A DNA stretch of 64,000 nt from an uncultured delta proteobacterium (GTDB taxonomy: Bacteria; Desulfobacterota; Binatia; Binatales; Binataceae), in the NCBI GenBank assembly GCA_963842085.1, contig CAWJET010000001.1, positions 3,008,001 to 3,072,000 of the forward strand, read 5' to 3'. Below, in pieces: positions 45,604 to 55,169 of the stretch. Under the pieces are notes generated by a model that ran no database searches, was not told where the DNA came from, and was given only the letters and a program-made list of their open reading frames with translations. How positions within the stretch are numbered: position 1 is the stretch's first letter; the number at the start of each line of letters is the position of its first letter. The translations under genes were made by a program, and so were the position numbers.

Positions 45604-46317
45604 ATGATCGCGACGGTGAAAACGTCGGAGTCTGGCACGTCCGCCCGGGTCGTCCTCGAATACTCGCGCGAACGCCGCCGACTGGAGACGGTCGGCGTCG
45701 CCATCGTCGTCATACTCGCGGCCATGAACGCCACGAAAGTCGTTTTCACGATTCACGAGCACCGCGCCGTGCCTTGGCCGTGGCTTGCGGTTCTAGGCGG
45801 ATGGCTCGCAGCGGACTTTGTTTCCGGCTTCGTCCACTGGCTGGGCGATACCTGGGGACGCGAGGATTGGCCCCTGGTTGGCACCAGCTTGATCCGCGGC
45901 TTCCGGGAGCACCACCTGGATCCGGTGGCGATCACGAGGCACGATTTTGTCGAGACGAACGGCTCGATCTCGCTACCGCTCGTTCCCGTGTTACTGGTGG
46001 CGCTACTCGCGCCGCGCGAGGCGATGCGCGGAGGGATCGCGGTGATCTTCCTTACGATCTTCTCGATCGCGATGTTGCTCACGAATGAGATCCACAAATC
46101 GGCGCATCGCGAGAAGGTCTGCCGTCCAGTCGCATGGCTGCAGCGCGCAGGCCTGATTCTCAGCCCCGCGCACCATGCGTTGCATCACGCCGCGCCGTTC
46201 GACCGCTGCTACTGTATCAGTGCGGGTTGGTTGAACCCGCTCCTCGACGCGGCAGGCTTTTTCCGCACGCTCGAACGCTCTATCACCTTCGTCACCGGGT
46301 CCGAGCCTCGCAGCTAG
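45604..46317 (+). CDS. CarF/TMEM189-family fatty acid (plasmanyl) desaturase
   Basis: ADFVSGFVHWLGDTWG, FREHH..P, IHKSAH, HHALHH, YCISAGWLN. Confidence 0.85.
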   Translation: MIATVKTSESGTSARVVLEYSRERRRLETVGVAIVVILAAMNATKVVFTIHEHRAVPWPWLAVLGGWLAADFVSGFVHWLGDTWGREDWPLVGTSLIRGFREHHLDPVAITRHDFVETNGSISLPLVPVLLVALLAPREAMRGGIAVIFLTIFSIAMLLTNEIHKSAHREKVCRPVAWLQRAGLILSPAHHALHHAAPFDRCYCISAGWLNPLLDAAGFFRTLERSITFVTGSEPRS

Positions 46318-47207
46318 GCCTCGAAAGCGACGGGCTTCTCCGCGAACACGAAAACGTATTCCAGAAGTCCGCGCTGGAACAGGCGGTACGTGAAGTAATC
46401 GATCCAAAGGCTCGCCTGTGTGACCCAAAAGCCGCGGATTGCGCGCATGCGCCGCACGTTGGCGGGCTTGCGTCCTTCCTCGAAATAGCCGGGGATGGTG
46501 TTCTCGCCGGCCTCCTCGATGCGCACGTCGCGGAACCCGACTCGCTCGAGGGTCCGCGCCAGCTCGCTCGAAGTACACACATTCGCTCTTGGAACGTGCC
46601 ACATTCGTCGGACCAATTCAGCAAGCGTGACCTCCGGCCAGCGACGCGGCAGCCGCTTGGCCGTATAATCGGCGAGGCCGATGCGCCCGCCGGGCTGCAG
46701 CACGCGAAACGCCTCGCGCAGGAACTTCTCGCGCGTATTGAAGTGCTCACCGCCCTCGATGCAGATGATGTGGGTGAAGGAGAGGTCAGGAAACGGCAGC
46801 GCAATCGCGGTCCCGTGCTGGAACTCGAGACGGTTGTCGAGGTTCGCCCGGCGCGCTCGCTCGCGCGCGACCATCACGTGCTTCCACGTGACGTCGAGGC
46901 CGGTGATCGAACGGCACTCAGTTTCCTCGGCAAGGACCACGTCCTGCGCTCCCATGCCGCAAGCGACGTCTAGGAGACGACTCTGCGGACCGAGGACGAT
47001 CGATTGCGCCATGTGGCGGACAAGATTTCTCGATGCGGTGAGGTAGTCACTGGCCCCGTCCTTCCATAGACCGAAGTTCAGCATCCCGCCGTGATAATCG
47101 CCGTATGCCTCTATCCCGTGCTGATAGAATGACTCGACACTTCGTTCCTGAGATCCGCGAGGCCAGAGGAATCTTCCGCCTTGGTCCGATGGAACCGTTG
47201 TCTTCAC
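46314..47207 (-). CDS. Class I SAM-dependent methyltransferase (sterol/tocopherol MT-like)
   Basis: LNFGLW, LLDVACGMG, LPFPDLSF, EAFRVLQPGG; GTG start estimated. Confidence 0.85.
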   Translation of the reverse strand: MKTTVPSDQGGRFLWPRGSQERSVESFYQHGIEAYGDYHGGMLNFGLWKDGASDYLTASRNLVRHMAQSIVLGPQSRLLDVACGMGAQDVVLAEETECRSITGLDVTWKHVMVARERARRANLDNRLEFQHGTAIALPFPDLSFTHIICIEGGEHFNTREKFLREAFRVLQPGGRIGLADYTAKRLPRRWPEVTLAELVRRMWHVPRANVCTSSELARTLERVGFRDVRIEEAGENTIPGYFEEGRKPANVRRMRAIRGFWVTQASLWIDYFTYRLFQRGLLEYVFVFAEKPVAFEA

Positions 47208-47333
47208 GCGTCCTCTACGGCGCCGATCATTCGCGAACGGCGCCGACCGCGCAACACACCGGAACACTCGGCCGGGGCACGTGCACGAAAGTCAGCGATC
47301 CGGGCTCGCCAAACCACCGAGTCTCTCTTCGTG

Positions 47334-47621
47334 CTACATCGCCATCGGCGCTTTCTTGCCGACGTGACCGCCCTTGGCCTCACAGGATTTGGCGTCGGCC
47401 GTGATGATGTAGCCTTTACCTGCGCACGAATTCTTGCCTTGGCAATCGTTTGTGGCTGTCTTGCACGCGCTCTGCCCTTTGCACGCATTCGCGCCCAGGC
47501 ACTTGATTTGCGCCGCCTGGGCCGACGGGCTCGGCGCGTCCGCTGCATTCACTGCGATCCCGGTGAATGCCAATGCGACCGCTGTCGCGAGCATTGCTCC
47601 TGCTACCGTCGCTGTCTTCAT
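47334..47621 (-). CDS. BufA2-like Cys-rich periplasmic metallophore precursor
   Basis: Signal peptide; CLGANACKGQSACKTATNDCQGKNSCAGKG...CEAKGG; RBS aaggag. Confidence 0.7.
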   Translation of the reverse strand: MKTATVAGAMLATAVALAFTGIAVNAADAPSPSAQAAQIKCLGANACKGQSACKTATNDCQGKNSCAGKGYIITADAKSCEAKGGHVGKKAPMAM

Positions 47622-48040
47622 CGCGTTAGGTCTCCTTTCGAGTTGTGCGGATCTCCGACCCCGTCAGATTTACGCACCTCCTTTCCAAACTTGAAGAGGT
47701 GAGCAAGAACCTACCGAACCTGGTGAGTCCTAAGCAAGCCCGCAGGTACGGTACTAAGGACTCCGCACCGAGCGAATAGGATACACGATTCGTTGCCATA
47801 TCCTCGCCGAGGAGATGGATGATGCGTTCGCCGATGCGAATGCCGAGGACTGCGTGCGGCTCTGGCGCCGCAAGCGCGAGACCGCGATTAGGATGGCTTT
47901 GCCATCGCTGGAGCATTTCCCAATCACCCGAACCTTCGCGATCGACGTCGAGCGTTCCATAGGCCCTAGCTTTTGCCTCGGATTCAGAGTTTTAAATCGT
48001 TAGGAACAGGCCTGATTCCACGACTTGGAGATTGGGAGAC

Positions 48041-48604
48041 GTGAAAAGAACGTTGCTCTATATAATCATGTTGACTGCCGCCGAAGTGATCGGCGCGTTG
48101 ATGGTGACACTCTTCGCTCTGCCATCGATGAACTGGAGCGCGACGAATAGGCCCGGTACGCTTGAAACCAGAATTGCAAATTATGCAATCTCGCACTGGG
48201 TGCGCCGGAACGCCAACAATCAGTCAAATCCGTTGCCGGACACTTCTGAAAATCTAAAAACGGCAAAGGCCGAATTCAGCGAGCACTGCGCGACATGCCA
48301 CGGACTGGACGGCAGCGGCGCAAACAGAATCGAAGCGGACTTTTACCCACCGGTGCCGAAACTCACCGGCAAAATTCAGTCGTGGTCTGACGCCCAAATC
48401 TACTATGTGATTGCCAACGGGATCGCATTGTCGGCAATGCCGGGGTTCTCGAAAAATCATGAATCCCAGGACATTTGGGACACTGTGCTATGGATTCGCC
48501 ACCTCGCAAAGCTCACGCCGGACGAAAGGGCTCAACTGGAAAACGAGATGAAAGCAGAATCCGAGGAGCACGAGCGTACAATGCACGGCAACGGCGAGAA
48601 CTGA
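48041..48604 (+). CDS. Membrane-anchored cytochrome c
   Basis: CATCH heme motif, NGIALSAMP axial Met. Confidence 0.85.
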   Translation: MKRTLLYIIMLTAAEVIGALMVTLFALPSMNWSATNRPGTLETRIANYAISHWVRRNANNQSNPLPDTSENLKTAKAEFSEHCATCHGLDGSGANRIEADFYPPVPKLTGKIQSWSDAQIYYVIANGIALSAMPGFSKNHESQDIWDTVLWIRHLAKLTPDERAQLENEMKAESEEHERTMHGNGEN

Positions 48605-48657
48605 TTACGATCCACGCTGCTCCCCGGCCAGTCTCTCTGAGCGGCGGCATGCGCGTT

Positions 48658-48784
48658 CTAGCAGGTTGCGGAAAAAGGGTTTTTGACTCCTGATGACATT
48701 GATCCAAGACGCATTCTCGTGATCGTAGTAATGCTTACTCTTCGCCGAAATCGTCTTTCATTGAGTTTTTCCGCAACCTGCTAG
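48658..48784. mobile_element. MITE-like element, 15-bp TIRs flanked by CTAG duplications
   Basis: ctag-caggttgcggaaaaa ... tttttccgcaacctg-ctag, perfect inverted repeat, no ORF. Confidence 0.75.
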
Positions 48785-49683
48785 GCGCGGTACGCTTTGA
48801 ACTCAGATTTTAAGAAGTCGACCAGGCTCTTCGTCTTCGCGGCAAGGTAATTTCGATGCGGAAAGACTGCTGCGATGACTCCCTTCTTGAGTTGCCAATC
48901 TCGCAGCACCTGCACAAGGCGCCCGGCCTTTAGTTCCCGCTTCACGGCGTAGTCGGGTAATAAGCCGATGCCGGCGCCCAGCATAACCAGCTCGCACGCC
49001 GCGATGCCGGTGTTGGTCTTGATCGACGGACGCAGCCGCACGGTGCGCCGCCGGCCGTCGTGATGCTGCATGGTAATCCGCTCGGGATGGGGAAGCTGCG
49101 AAATGCTTATCCATGGATGATCGATCAAATGTTCCGGCTCCTTGGGCTGTGCTCGCTTCGAGAAATACTTCGGTGCGCCGCACACAATCATTTCGAGCGG
49201 TGCGAGCGCAATCGCATGCAACCGGCTATCCACTAGCCAGCCGGCCCGCAGGGCGAGGTCGAAGCCTTCCTCGACAATGTTCACAATCGAGTCTTCCAGG
49301 ACCAGGTCGAAGTCGACTCCTGGGTTGAGCTCCCTGAACTTGCCCAGCGCAGGCAGGAGAAAAGTGAGGCCCAGATTGTAAGGCGCGGTGAGTCGAATGG
49401 TGCCGCGAGGCTGCGTCTTGTGTTCGTCGATGTCAAAGTGAGCCGCCTCCGCTTCGTGAACGACGCGAAGACAGGGCTCATAGAACCTTTGGCCTTCCTC
49501 GGTCAGGGACAACGAACGCGTGCTGCGGTTAAGCAGGCGCGTTCCAAGGCTTTGCTCGAGCGCCTGAACGTGGTGGCTGACAACTGATTTTCCCAACCCG
49601 AGCGCGACCGAGGCAGCCGAAAAGGAACCGCATTCGACTACCTTGGCAAAGATCGCCATGCGGTAGAGATCTTTCAGCATCAT
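48781..49683 (-). CDS. LysR-family transcriptional regulator
   Basis: FAKVVECGSFSAA...LEQSLGTRLLNRSTRSLSLT, FDLALR. Confidence 0.95.
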   Translation of the reverse strand: MMLKDLYRMAIFAKVVECGSFSAASVALGLGKSVVSHHVQALEQSLGTRLLNRSTRSLSLTEEGQRFYEPCLRVVHEAEAAHFDIDEHKTQPRGTIRLTAPYNLGLTFLLPALGKFRELNPGVDFDLVLEDSIVNIVEEGFDLALRAGWLVDSRLHAIALAPLEMIVCGAPKYFSKRAQPKEPEHLIDHPWISISQLPHPERITMQHHDGRRRTVRLRPSIKTNTGIAACELVMLGAGIGLLPDYAVKRELKAGRLVQVLRDWQLKKGVIAAVFPHRNYLAAKTKSLVDFLKSEFKAYRA

Positions 49684-49840
49684 TGTCCAATATTATCGCA
49701 CAGAGTTTATTGAGCAACGATATTGTCCTCTTGCACCGAACTGCCTAGATTACTTGGCCACAGACCCTTTCGCGGTTGTGGAATTGGTCGAACCTCGAAG
49801 GGTAAGTTCGCTCAGCTTCAATCGCGGCTGGAGGAGCACG

Positions 49841-51070
49841 ATGCGCGGACCTCTGGATGGTTATCGAATTCTCGATACCACCACCATGCTGTCCGGTCCT
49901 TGGGCGACGATGATCCTGGCGGACCAGGGCGCCGATGTAATCAAGATCGAGGCGCCCGAGCGTGGCGATCACGTCCGCCATCTCGGCAACCGCCGCGGGG
50001 GGATGTCCGCGATGTTCCTGAACATCAATCGCAACAAGCGCTCGGTCGCGATTGACCTCAAGACCCGGGACGGAGTCGCGTTGCTGAAGCGAATCGCTAT
50101 CAGTGCCGACGTCTTCGTGCAGAACTTCCGGCCGGGAGTCGTTGAACGGCTCGGGATTGGAGAGCGTGACCTTCGCAAAGTCGCGCCTGAAATCATCTAC
50201 GTCTCGATCAGCGGTTTCGGCGAAAACGGGCCTTGGGCTCATAAGCCCGCCTACGATCCGATCATACAGGCGCTGTCGGGTCTTACCACTGTCCAGGGCG
50301 GCTCCGACGCCGAGCGCCCGCGTCTGATTCGCACCGTGTTGGCGGACAAGCTCAGCGCAGTGGTTGCGTCACAAGCGATTACCGCCGCGCTGGTCGCGCG
50401 AGAGCGAACTGGTAAGGGGCAGCACGTCAGGGTCTCGATGCTGGACGCGATGCTCTACTTCCTTTGGGCGTCGGACATGAGCATGCAGACCTACCCGGAT
50501 AATCGTCAGGGGTCTCAAGCGGCGGCGAGCTTCATCGATCTCATTTACGAGACCAGAGACGGTTACATGACCGTAGCGGTAATGAGCGACAAGGAATGGG
50601 CCGGGCTGACCCGCGCGCTGGAGCGCCGTGAATGGCTCGACGATCCGCGGTTCGCAACACCCGTCGCGCGCGACAAAAATGTCGACGAGCGCCTGCACCT
50701 GACCCAGGAAGTGCTGCGCACGCGCACCACCGCCGAATGGATGGAACGCCTCGAGGCTCAGGACGTGCCGTGTGCGCCCGTGTTGACCCGCGACGCAGTG
50801 ACCCGACATCCGCAAGTAATTGCCAGCGACATCGTGGTCGAGCTCGATCACCCAGCTGCCGGGCGTCTCAGGCAAACCCGCGCCCCGGCACGATTCGACA
50901 AGACGCCAGCCTCGATTCGGTTTGGCGCGCCACAGCTCGGCCAGCACACGCGCGAAGTTCTAACCGAGCTTGGGCTGACCGCCCCGGAGGTTCGTGATCT
51001 GGAACTCAAAGGAGTAATCGGCGTCGCCGAGGCGTTAACAAATTCCGAGACCACTACGACTGCGGATTAG
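49841..51070 (+). CDS. CaiB/BaiF family III CoA-transferase
   Basis: GPLDGYRILD, ADQGADVIKIE, NRNKRS, NFRPG, SGFG. Confidence 0.92.
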   Translation: MRGPLDGYRILDTTTMLSGPWATMILADQGADVIKIEAPERGDHVRHLGNRRGGMSAMFLNINRNKRSVAIDLKTRDGVALLKRIAISADVFVQNFRPGVVERLGIGERDLRKVAPEIIYVSISGFGENGPWAHKPAYDPIIQALSGLTTVQGGSDAERPRLIRTVLADKLSAVVASQAITAALVARERTGKGQHVRVSMLDAMLYFLWASDMSMQTYPDNRQGSQAAASFIDLIYETRDGYMTVAVMSDKEWAGLTRALERREWLDDPRFATPVARDKNVDERLHLTQEVLRTRTTAEWMERLEAQDVPCAPVLTRDAVTRHPQVIASDIVVELDHPAAGRLRQTRAPARFDKTPASIRFGAPQLGQHTREVLTELGLTAPEVRDLELKGVIGVAEALTNSETTTTAD

Positions 51071-51118
51071 AGTCCGCGGCCCACGGGCCGGTCGGAACGA
51101 GCGTGAGGAGGAACGCCA

Positions 51119-51793
51119 GTGAGCACAGTACTTGTTGTCGGTGCCGACCGGGGTATTGCGCACGCGATTTGCCTGCAACTGAAGGAGCGCGGAGACGACC
51201 TTATCGCGGCGTGTCTCGGCGAAGGTGCGGACTTGCGCGCGCGCGGCATTCGGGTCGAACCGCAGGTGGATGTTACTTCGGATTCGGCCGTTCGGCGCTT
51301 GGCCGACAGGCTCACGGCTGGGAAAATTCATCTGGATGTGGTGTTTCACGTGGCCGGCGTGCTCGGCCTGGACGAGCTCGGCAAAATCGACTTCGATGAC
51401 GTCCGCCGTCAGTTCGAGATCAACACGCTTGGACCCCTGCGGCTGGTGCAGGCAGTGCTTGGTTGTCTCGGGCCCGGTTCCAAGGTGGGTATCGTGACCA
51501 GCCGCGTCGGCTCGCTCGGTGACAATACGTCGGGCGGCATGTATGCGTACCGAATCTCCAAGGCCGGGGCGAACATGGTAGGCCGCAACTTGTATCACGA
51601 TCTGAAGAAGAAAGGCGTGGCTGTTCTGTTGCTCCATCCAGGTATGGTGAACACCGATCTTACCAGGGGTATTCCCGGCAAATACATTCAGCCCGAAGAG
51701 GCGGCGGCGGGATTGATCAAGAGAATGGACGAACTCACGGTCGAGACTGGCGGCGTGTTCCGGCATGCGAACGGTGAATTACTACCTTGGTAG
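51119..51793 (+). CDS. Short-chain dehydrogenase (CsgA-like)
   Basis: GADRGIA, YAYRISKA, LHPGMVNTD. Confidence 0.9.
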   Translation: MSTVLVVGADRGIAHAICLQLKERGDDLIAACLGEGADLRARGIRVEPQVDVTSDSAVRRLADRLTAGKIHLDVVFHVAGVLGLDELGKIDFDDVRRQFEINTLGPLRLVQAVLGCLGPGSKVGIVTSRVGSLGDNTSGGMYAYRISKAGANMVGRNLYHDLKKKGVAVLLLHPGMVNTDLTRGIPGKYIQPEEAAAGLIKRMDELTVETGGVFRHANGELLPW

Positions 51794-51820
51794 CCATTTC
51801 GTTACACGGGGGATATTAGG

Positions 51821-52540
51821 ATGATTACTATCTATCAATACATTCCTGGCTGGAATGTACCCTGCATTAGTCCTTTCGTCACCAAAACTATTTACTACAT
51901 GAGGATGGCTGGCATACCGCATGAAGTTAAGCGGCAGGATCTCAGCCGGCTGCAGCAGGATGCGCCGTACGGAAAGCTGCCTTTTATTGATGACAACGGC
52001 GTCAAGGTCGCGGACTCTACCGCGATCATTGACTATCTGAGGAAATACGCCGACCTGGACAGCGATGCCACTGCAACCGAAAGGGCGCAGATGCTGGCGT
52101 GGAACCGGATGATCGATGAGCATACCTACTGGTGCGCGGTGATTCAGCCCCGCTGGCGCGAAGAAGCCAATTGGGAAATTTATTTGCCGATCATTTTCGG
52201 TGCGAGCCCGGTTCCTCCCGAGGTGCGCCAAACGCTGGAGGAGTTTCGCAAGCTTATTCTATCGGAGTTTCTCGGTCACGGCGTCGGACGTCTGCCGGAC
52301 AACGTCGTCTATGAGCGCGCGCGAGCCGATATCGATGCAATCTCCGACTTTCTGGACTCAAAGCCTTACTTCATGGGCGAAAAGTTGCGCTCGATCGATG
52401 CGAATTTGCTATCGATGCTCGATCACATCATCTATACGCCATTCAAGTTTGACACCAAGGACTACGCGCTCGGCAAGAAAAACCTGGTGGACTACAGCCA
52501 GCGCATGAACAAGCGCTTCGGGAAACCCGAAGCTCGGTGA
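51821..52540 (+). CDS. Glutathione S-transferase-family protein (metaxin/FAX-like)
   Basis: SPFVTK, PYGKLPFI, ADSTAIIDYL, YFMGE. Confidence 0.85.
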   Translation: MITIYQYIPGWNVPCISPFVTKTIYYMRMAGIPHEVKRQDLSRLQQDAPYGKLPFIDDNGVKVADSTAIIDYLRKYADLDSDATATERAQMLAWNRMIDEHTYWCAVIQPRWREEANWEIYLPIIFGASPVPPEVRQTLEEFRKLILSEFLGHGVGRLPDNVVYERARADIDAISDFLDSKPYFMGEKLRSIDANLLSMLDHIIYTPFKFDTKDYALGKKNLVDYSQRMNKRFGKPEAR

Positions 52541-52679
52541 GCTCGTCATTCGGCTCGAGTGGGTTGCGGTAGCGTCCTATTGGGTTCGCGATCGCAAAGT
52601 CGGCGGGGGATCATCCCGGGGTCCGCACGCTTGACGGGTACGTTTAGACTCCATTATAGGGAAGATAAGGTGCCCTACT

Positions 52680-54689
52680 GTGTCAGAGACTTTTGCGCGA
52701 GGTGATCCTCGTGCGTGGCTAGTATCGCCTTCTGTACGCGATACGTTGGCCCAAATTGCTCGGCAGCGAGATCAATTTCTCTGCGACCTGCCCACCGATG
52801 GCTTGCGGCCTTTGATACGCGACCGATGGAACTTGTGCAAATCAGTCGGAATCGATCCGCATTCTGCGCGTGCGCCTGACGGCCTCACGCGAGAACACAT
52901 CGAAGAAATCCTTCGGGTTGATGATTTTGGACACATCGGCAGGCAAGTCGCTGACGACTTTGCGCGCGTGATCAGCGGCTCGGGACACTATCTGGTATTG
53001 GCTGATCGATCCGGTCGAATCTTTTACGCGGTGGGAGATGATCGCGTGAAGGCGGGCTTGGAGGGGGTTAATTTCATTCCGGGCGGCCTTTGGACGGAGG
53101 AGGCAGTGGGGCCGAATGGAGTGGGAACCGCGTTGGCGACCGCTGCGCCGGTATTCGTGTGGGGTCCCGAGCATTTCTGCGAAGGCTGGCAACCCTGGAT
53201 TTGCTACGGAAGCCCGGTGCGCGACCCTGTCTCCGGTCGCGTGACAGGCGCAGTTGATATTTCGGGCCCGGCTCCAACTAGAAGCGAGATGGCCTTCAAT
53301 CTGACCGTAACCGTGGCTCGAACGATCGAGCGTTCGCTGGGCGCAAGAGCGTTGCAACGGCAGCAAGCGCTGATCGCGGAATTTCTCGCGGCAACCAAAC
53401 GCTGGCCGAACGATGGCATAATCCTGGTGGACGAAAACGGGCGAATATTGGAACTCAATCCCAGGGGCATGGCGCTCCTCAAGCGCGATGTGCGCACCCT
53501 GATGGGGTATCCTTTGAAAGACGCTTCGCCAGAGCTCGACGAGTTCGTTCAACATTGCTGGAAAAATGGCGAGACCCTCGAACGAACAACAGAGCGACAT
53601 GCTACCCAGATTCACGTGCATTGCAGCTTGACGATAGTTGATAGAAAGGCTTCAGGATGTTTGTTGATTTTGCGGTCAGTTGAGCCTTCCCGGCCTCACG
53701 CTTCTCCTCGAGCCGCGAGCGCGATGGCCGTGGAACCGGCAGTGACATTCGCGGACATCAAGGGTCGCGACCCTGCTCTGGTGGCAGCTCTGCACAAGTC
53801 GAGAACGGCCGCGGGAAACGACAAGACGGTGCTGCTCACGGGAGAGACCGGGACCGGTAAGGATCTCTTCGCGCAAGCAATCCATGGTGCGAGCAGACGC
53901 GCCGGCGGTCCATTCGTCGCAATAAACTGCGCGGCGCTGCCGAGCGAGTTGTGCGCGAGCGAGCTTTTCGGATATGCGCGCGGAGCGTTCACCGGAGCAA
54001 AAGCGCACGGCAGTCTGGGTAAATTCGCCCAAGCCAGCGGTGGCACTTTATTTCTCGACGAAATCTCCTCGATGCCATTTGATTTGCAAGCGACGCTGCT
54101 TCGGGCGATCGAGACAAAGAGCGTGACACCGCTGGGATCATCTCGCAGCCAAGCGGTGGACGTCAGAGTCATTGCCGCGGCTAACGAAGAGCTCTCAACC
54201 TTGGTGAACCGTGAGCGGTTTCGAGCGGACCTTTACTACCGTCTCAATGTCATCTCCATCCGATGCCCACCGTTGCGCGGGCGCGCCGAAGACATACTTC
54301 TTTTAGCAAGCGGCTTTCTCAATCAAGGGTGTGGGGAAGTAGGCCGTACGCCTTTGATACTGTCAGAAGAAGTGAAAGATATCCTGGTCCAACATTCCTG
54401 GCCTGGGAACGTACGAGAACTCCAGAATCTGTGTGCCAGATGGATCGAAGAGGTGGAAGCCGACGTTGTATCCTTCTCCGATCTTCCCCCCGAGATGCAA
54501 CCAGAGTCTCCTGCAGTGGCCGCCAAGGAAGTGTCTCTGGCAGACGCAGAAGCTGAATTGATAGTGCGAACAATTAGGGAGTGCAACAACAATATCAGTA
54601 TGGTGGCTCGCCGCCTCGGTGTTTCCAGAGCCACCATTTACAACAAGCTCCGCGTTATACAAGGCGGCAGTGTGAAGAACGGCAACTGA
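52680..54689 (+). CDS. Sigma54-dependent activator, AcoR/DhaR-like (GAF-PAS-AAA+-Fis HTH)
   Basis: WTEEAVGPNGVGTALA GAF, GETGTGKD, GAFTGA, LFLDEI, WPGNVREL, LGVSRATIYNKL. Confidence 0.93.
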   Translation: MSETFARGDPRAWLVSPSVRDTLAQIARQRDQFLCDLPTDGLRPLIRDRWNLCKSVGIDPHSARAPDGLTREHIEEILRVDDFGHIGRQVADDFARVISGSGHYLVLADRSGRIFYAVGDDRVKAGLEGVNFIPGGLWTEEAVGPNGVGTALATAAPVFVWGPEHFCEGWQPWICYGSPVRDPVSGRVTGAVDISGPAPTRSEMAFNLTVTVARTIERSLGARALQRQQALIAEFLAATKRWPNDGIILVDENGRILELNPRGMALLKRDVRTLMGYPLKDASPELDEFVQHCWKNGETLERTTERHATQIHVHCSLTIVDRKASGCLLILRSVEPSRPHASPRAASAMAVEPAVTFADIKGRDPALVAALHKSRTAAGNDKTVLLTGETGTGKDLFAQAIHGASRRAGGPFVAINCAALPSELCASELFGYARGAFTGAKAHGSLGKFAQASGGTLFLDEISSMPFDLQATLLRAIETKSVTPLGSSRSQAVDVRVIAAANEELSTLVNRERFRADLYYRLNVISIRCPPLRGRAEDILLLASGFLNQGCGEVGRTPLILSEEVKDILVQHSWPGNVRELQNLCARWIEEVEADVVSFSDLPPEMQPESPAVAAKEVSLADAEAELIVRTIRECNNNISMVARRLGVSRATIYNKLRVIQGGSVKNGN

Positions 54690-55028
54690 CGACGCGATGC
54701 GTATGAAAGGCAATCTGTCGAGCGCGTCTTGCTAGACGGTCGCAAAACAATCGACCTCTTGCGTTTTTCTTCGAGTTACAGCTTCATCCAATTGAACGTT
54801 AGCGCTGCGGGCATTGGGTTCAGAGCCTGACTTTCGGCCTGGAACGTCCCGGCAATGCCCCTTTCCCGTCGGCTTCGAGTTCCGCCGGCTTCTGTTGTTG
54901 TTCGCTACCTGCCCGGACACGTAGATGTGTAAATGTTCAAAACAGCTGTGAAGGCAGACCGTCAAAAAGCTGGACACTTTGGATCACAATGCGAACTGAT
55001 TAAGCCACCATTGCATAGACAGTCACTT

Positions 55029-55044
55029 CGGCATGACTTTTGCG
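55029..55044 (+). promoter_or_regulatory. Sigma54 (-24/-12) promoter of the aldehyde dehydrogenase
   Basis: cGGcatgacttttGCg with exact GG-N10-GC spacing; adjacent to the bEBP gene. Confidence 0.75.
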
Positions 55045-55169
55045 GTGTCGAACCTGCCGAGGAGATTTCAGGCGACGGAGATTCTCGCCTCACATTTAGC
55101 GGGCGCGGTCTTCGATGTCAGTCGCCAGTGGATAGACGCGACAGCTGAAACATAAGGAGTTGAAGGCAG

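Noticed and set aside
47626-48003. Short ORFs upstream of the bufferin-like gene
   Set aside because: No recognisable motif or RBS; possibly a gene remnant but unsupported
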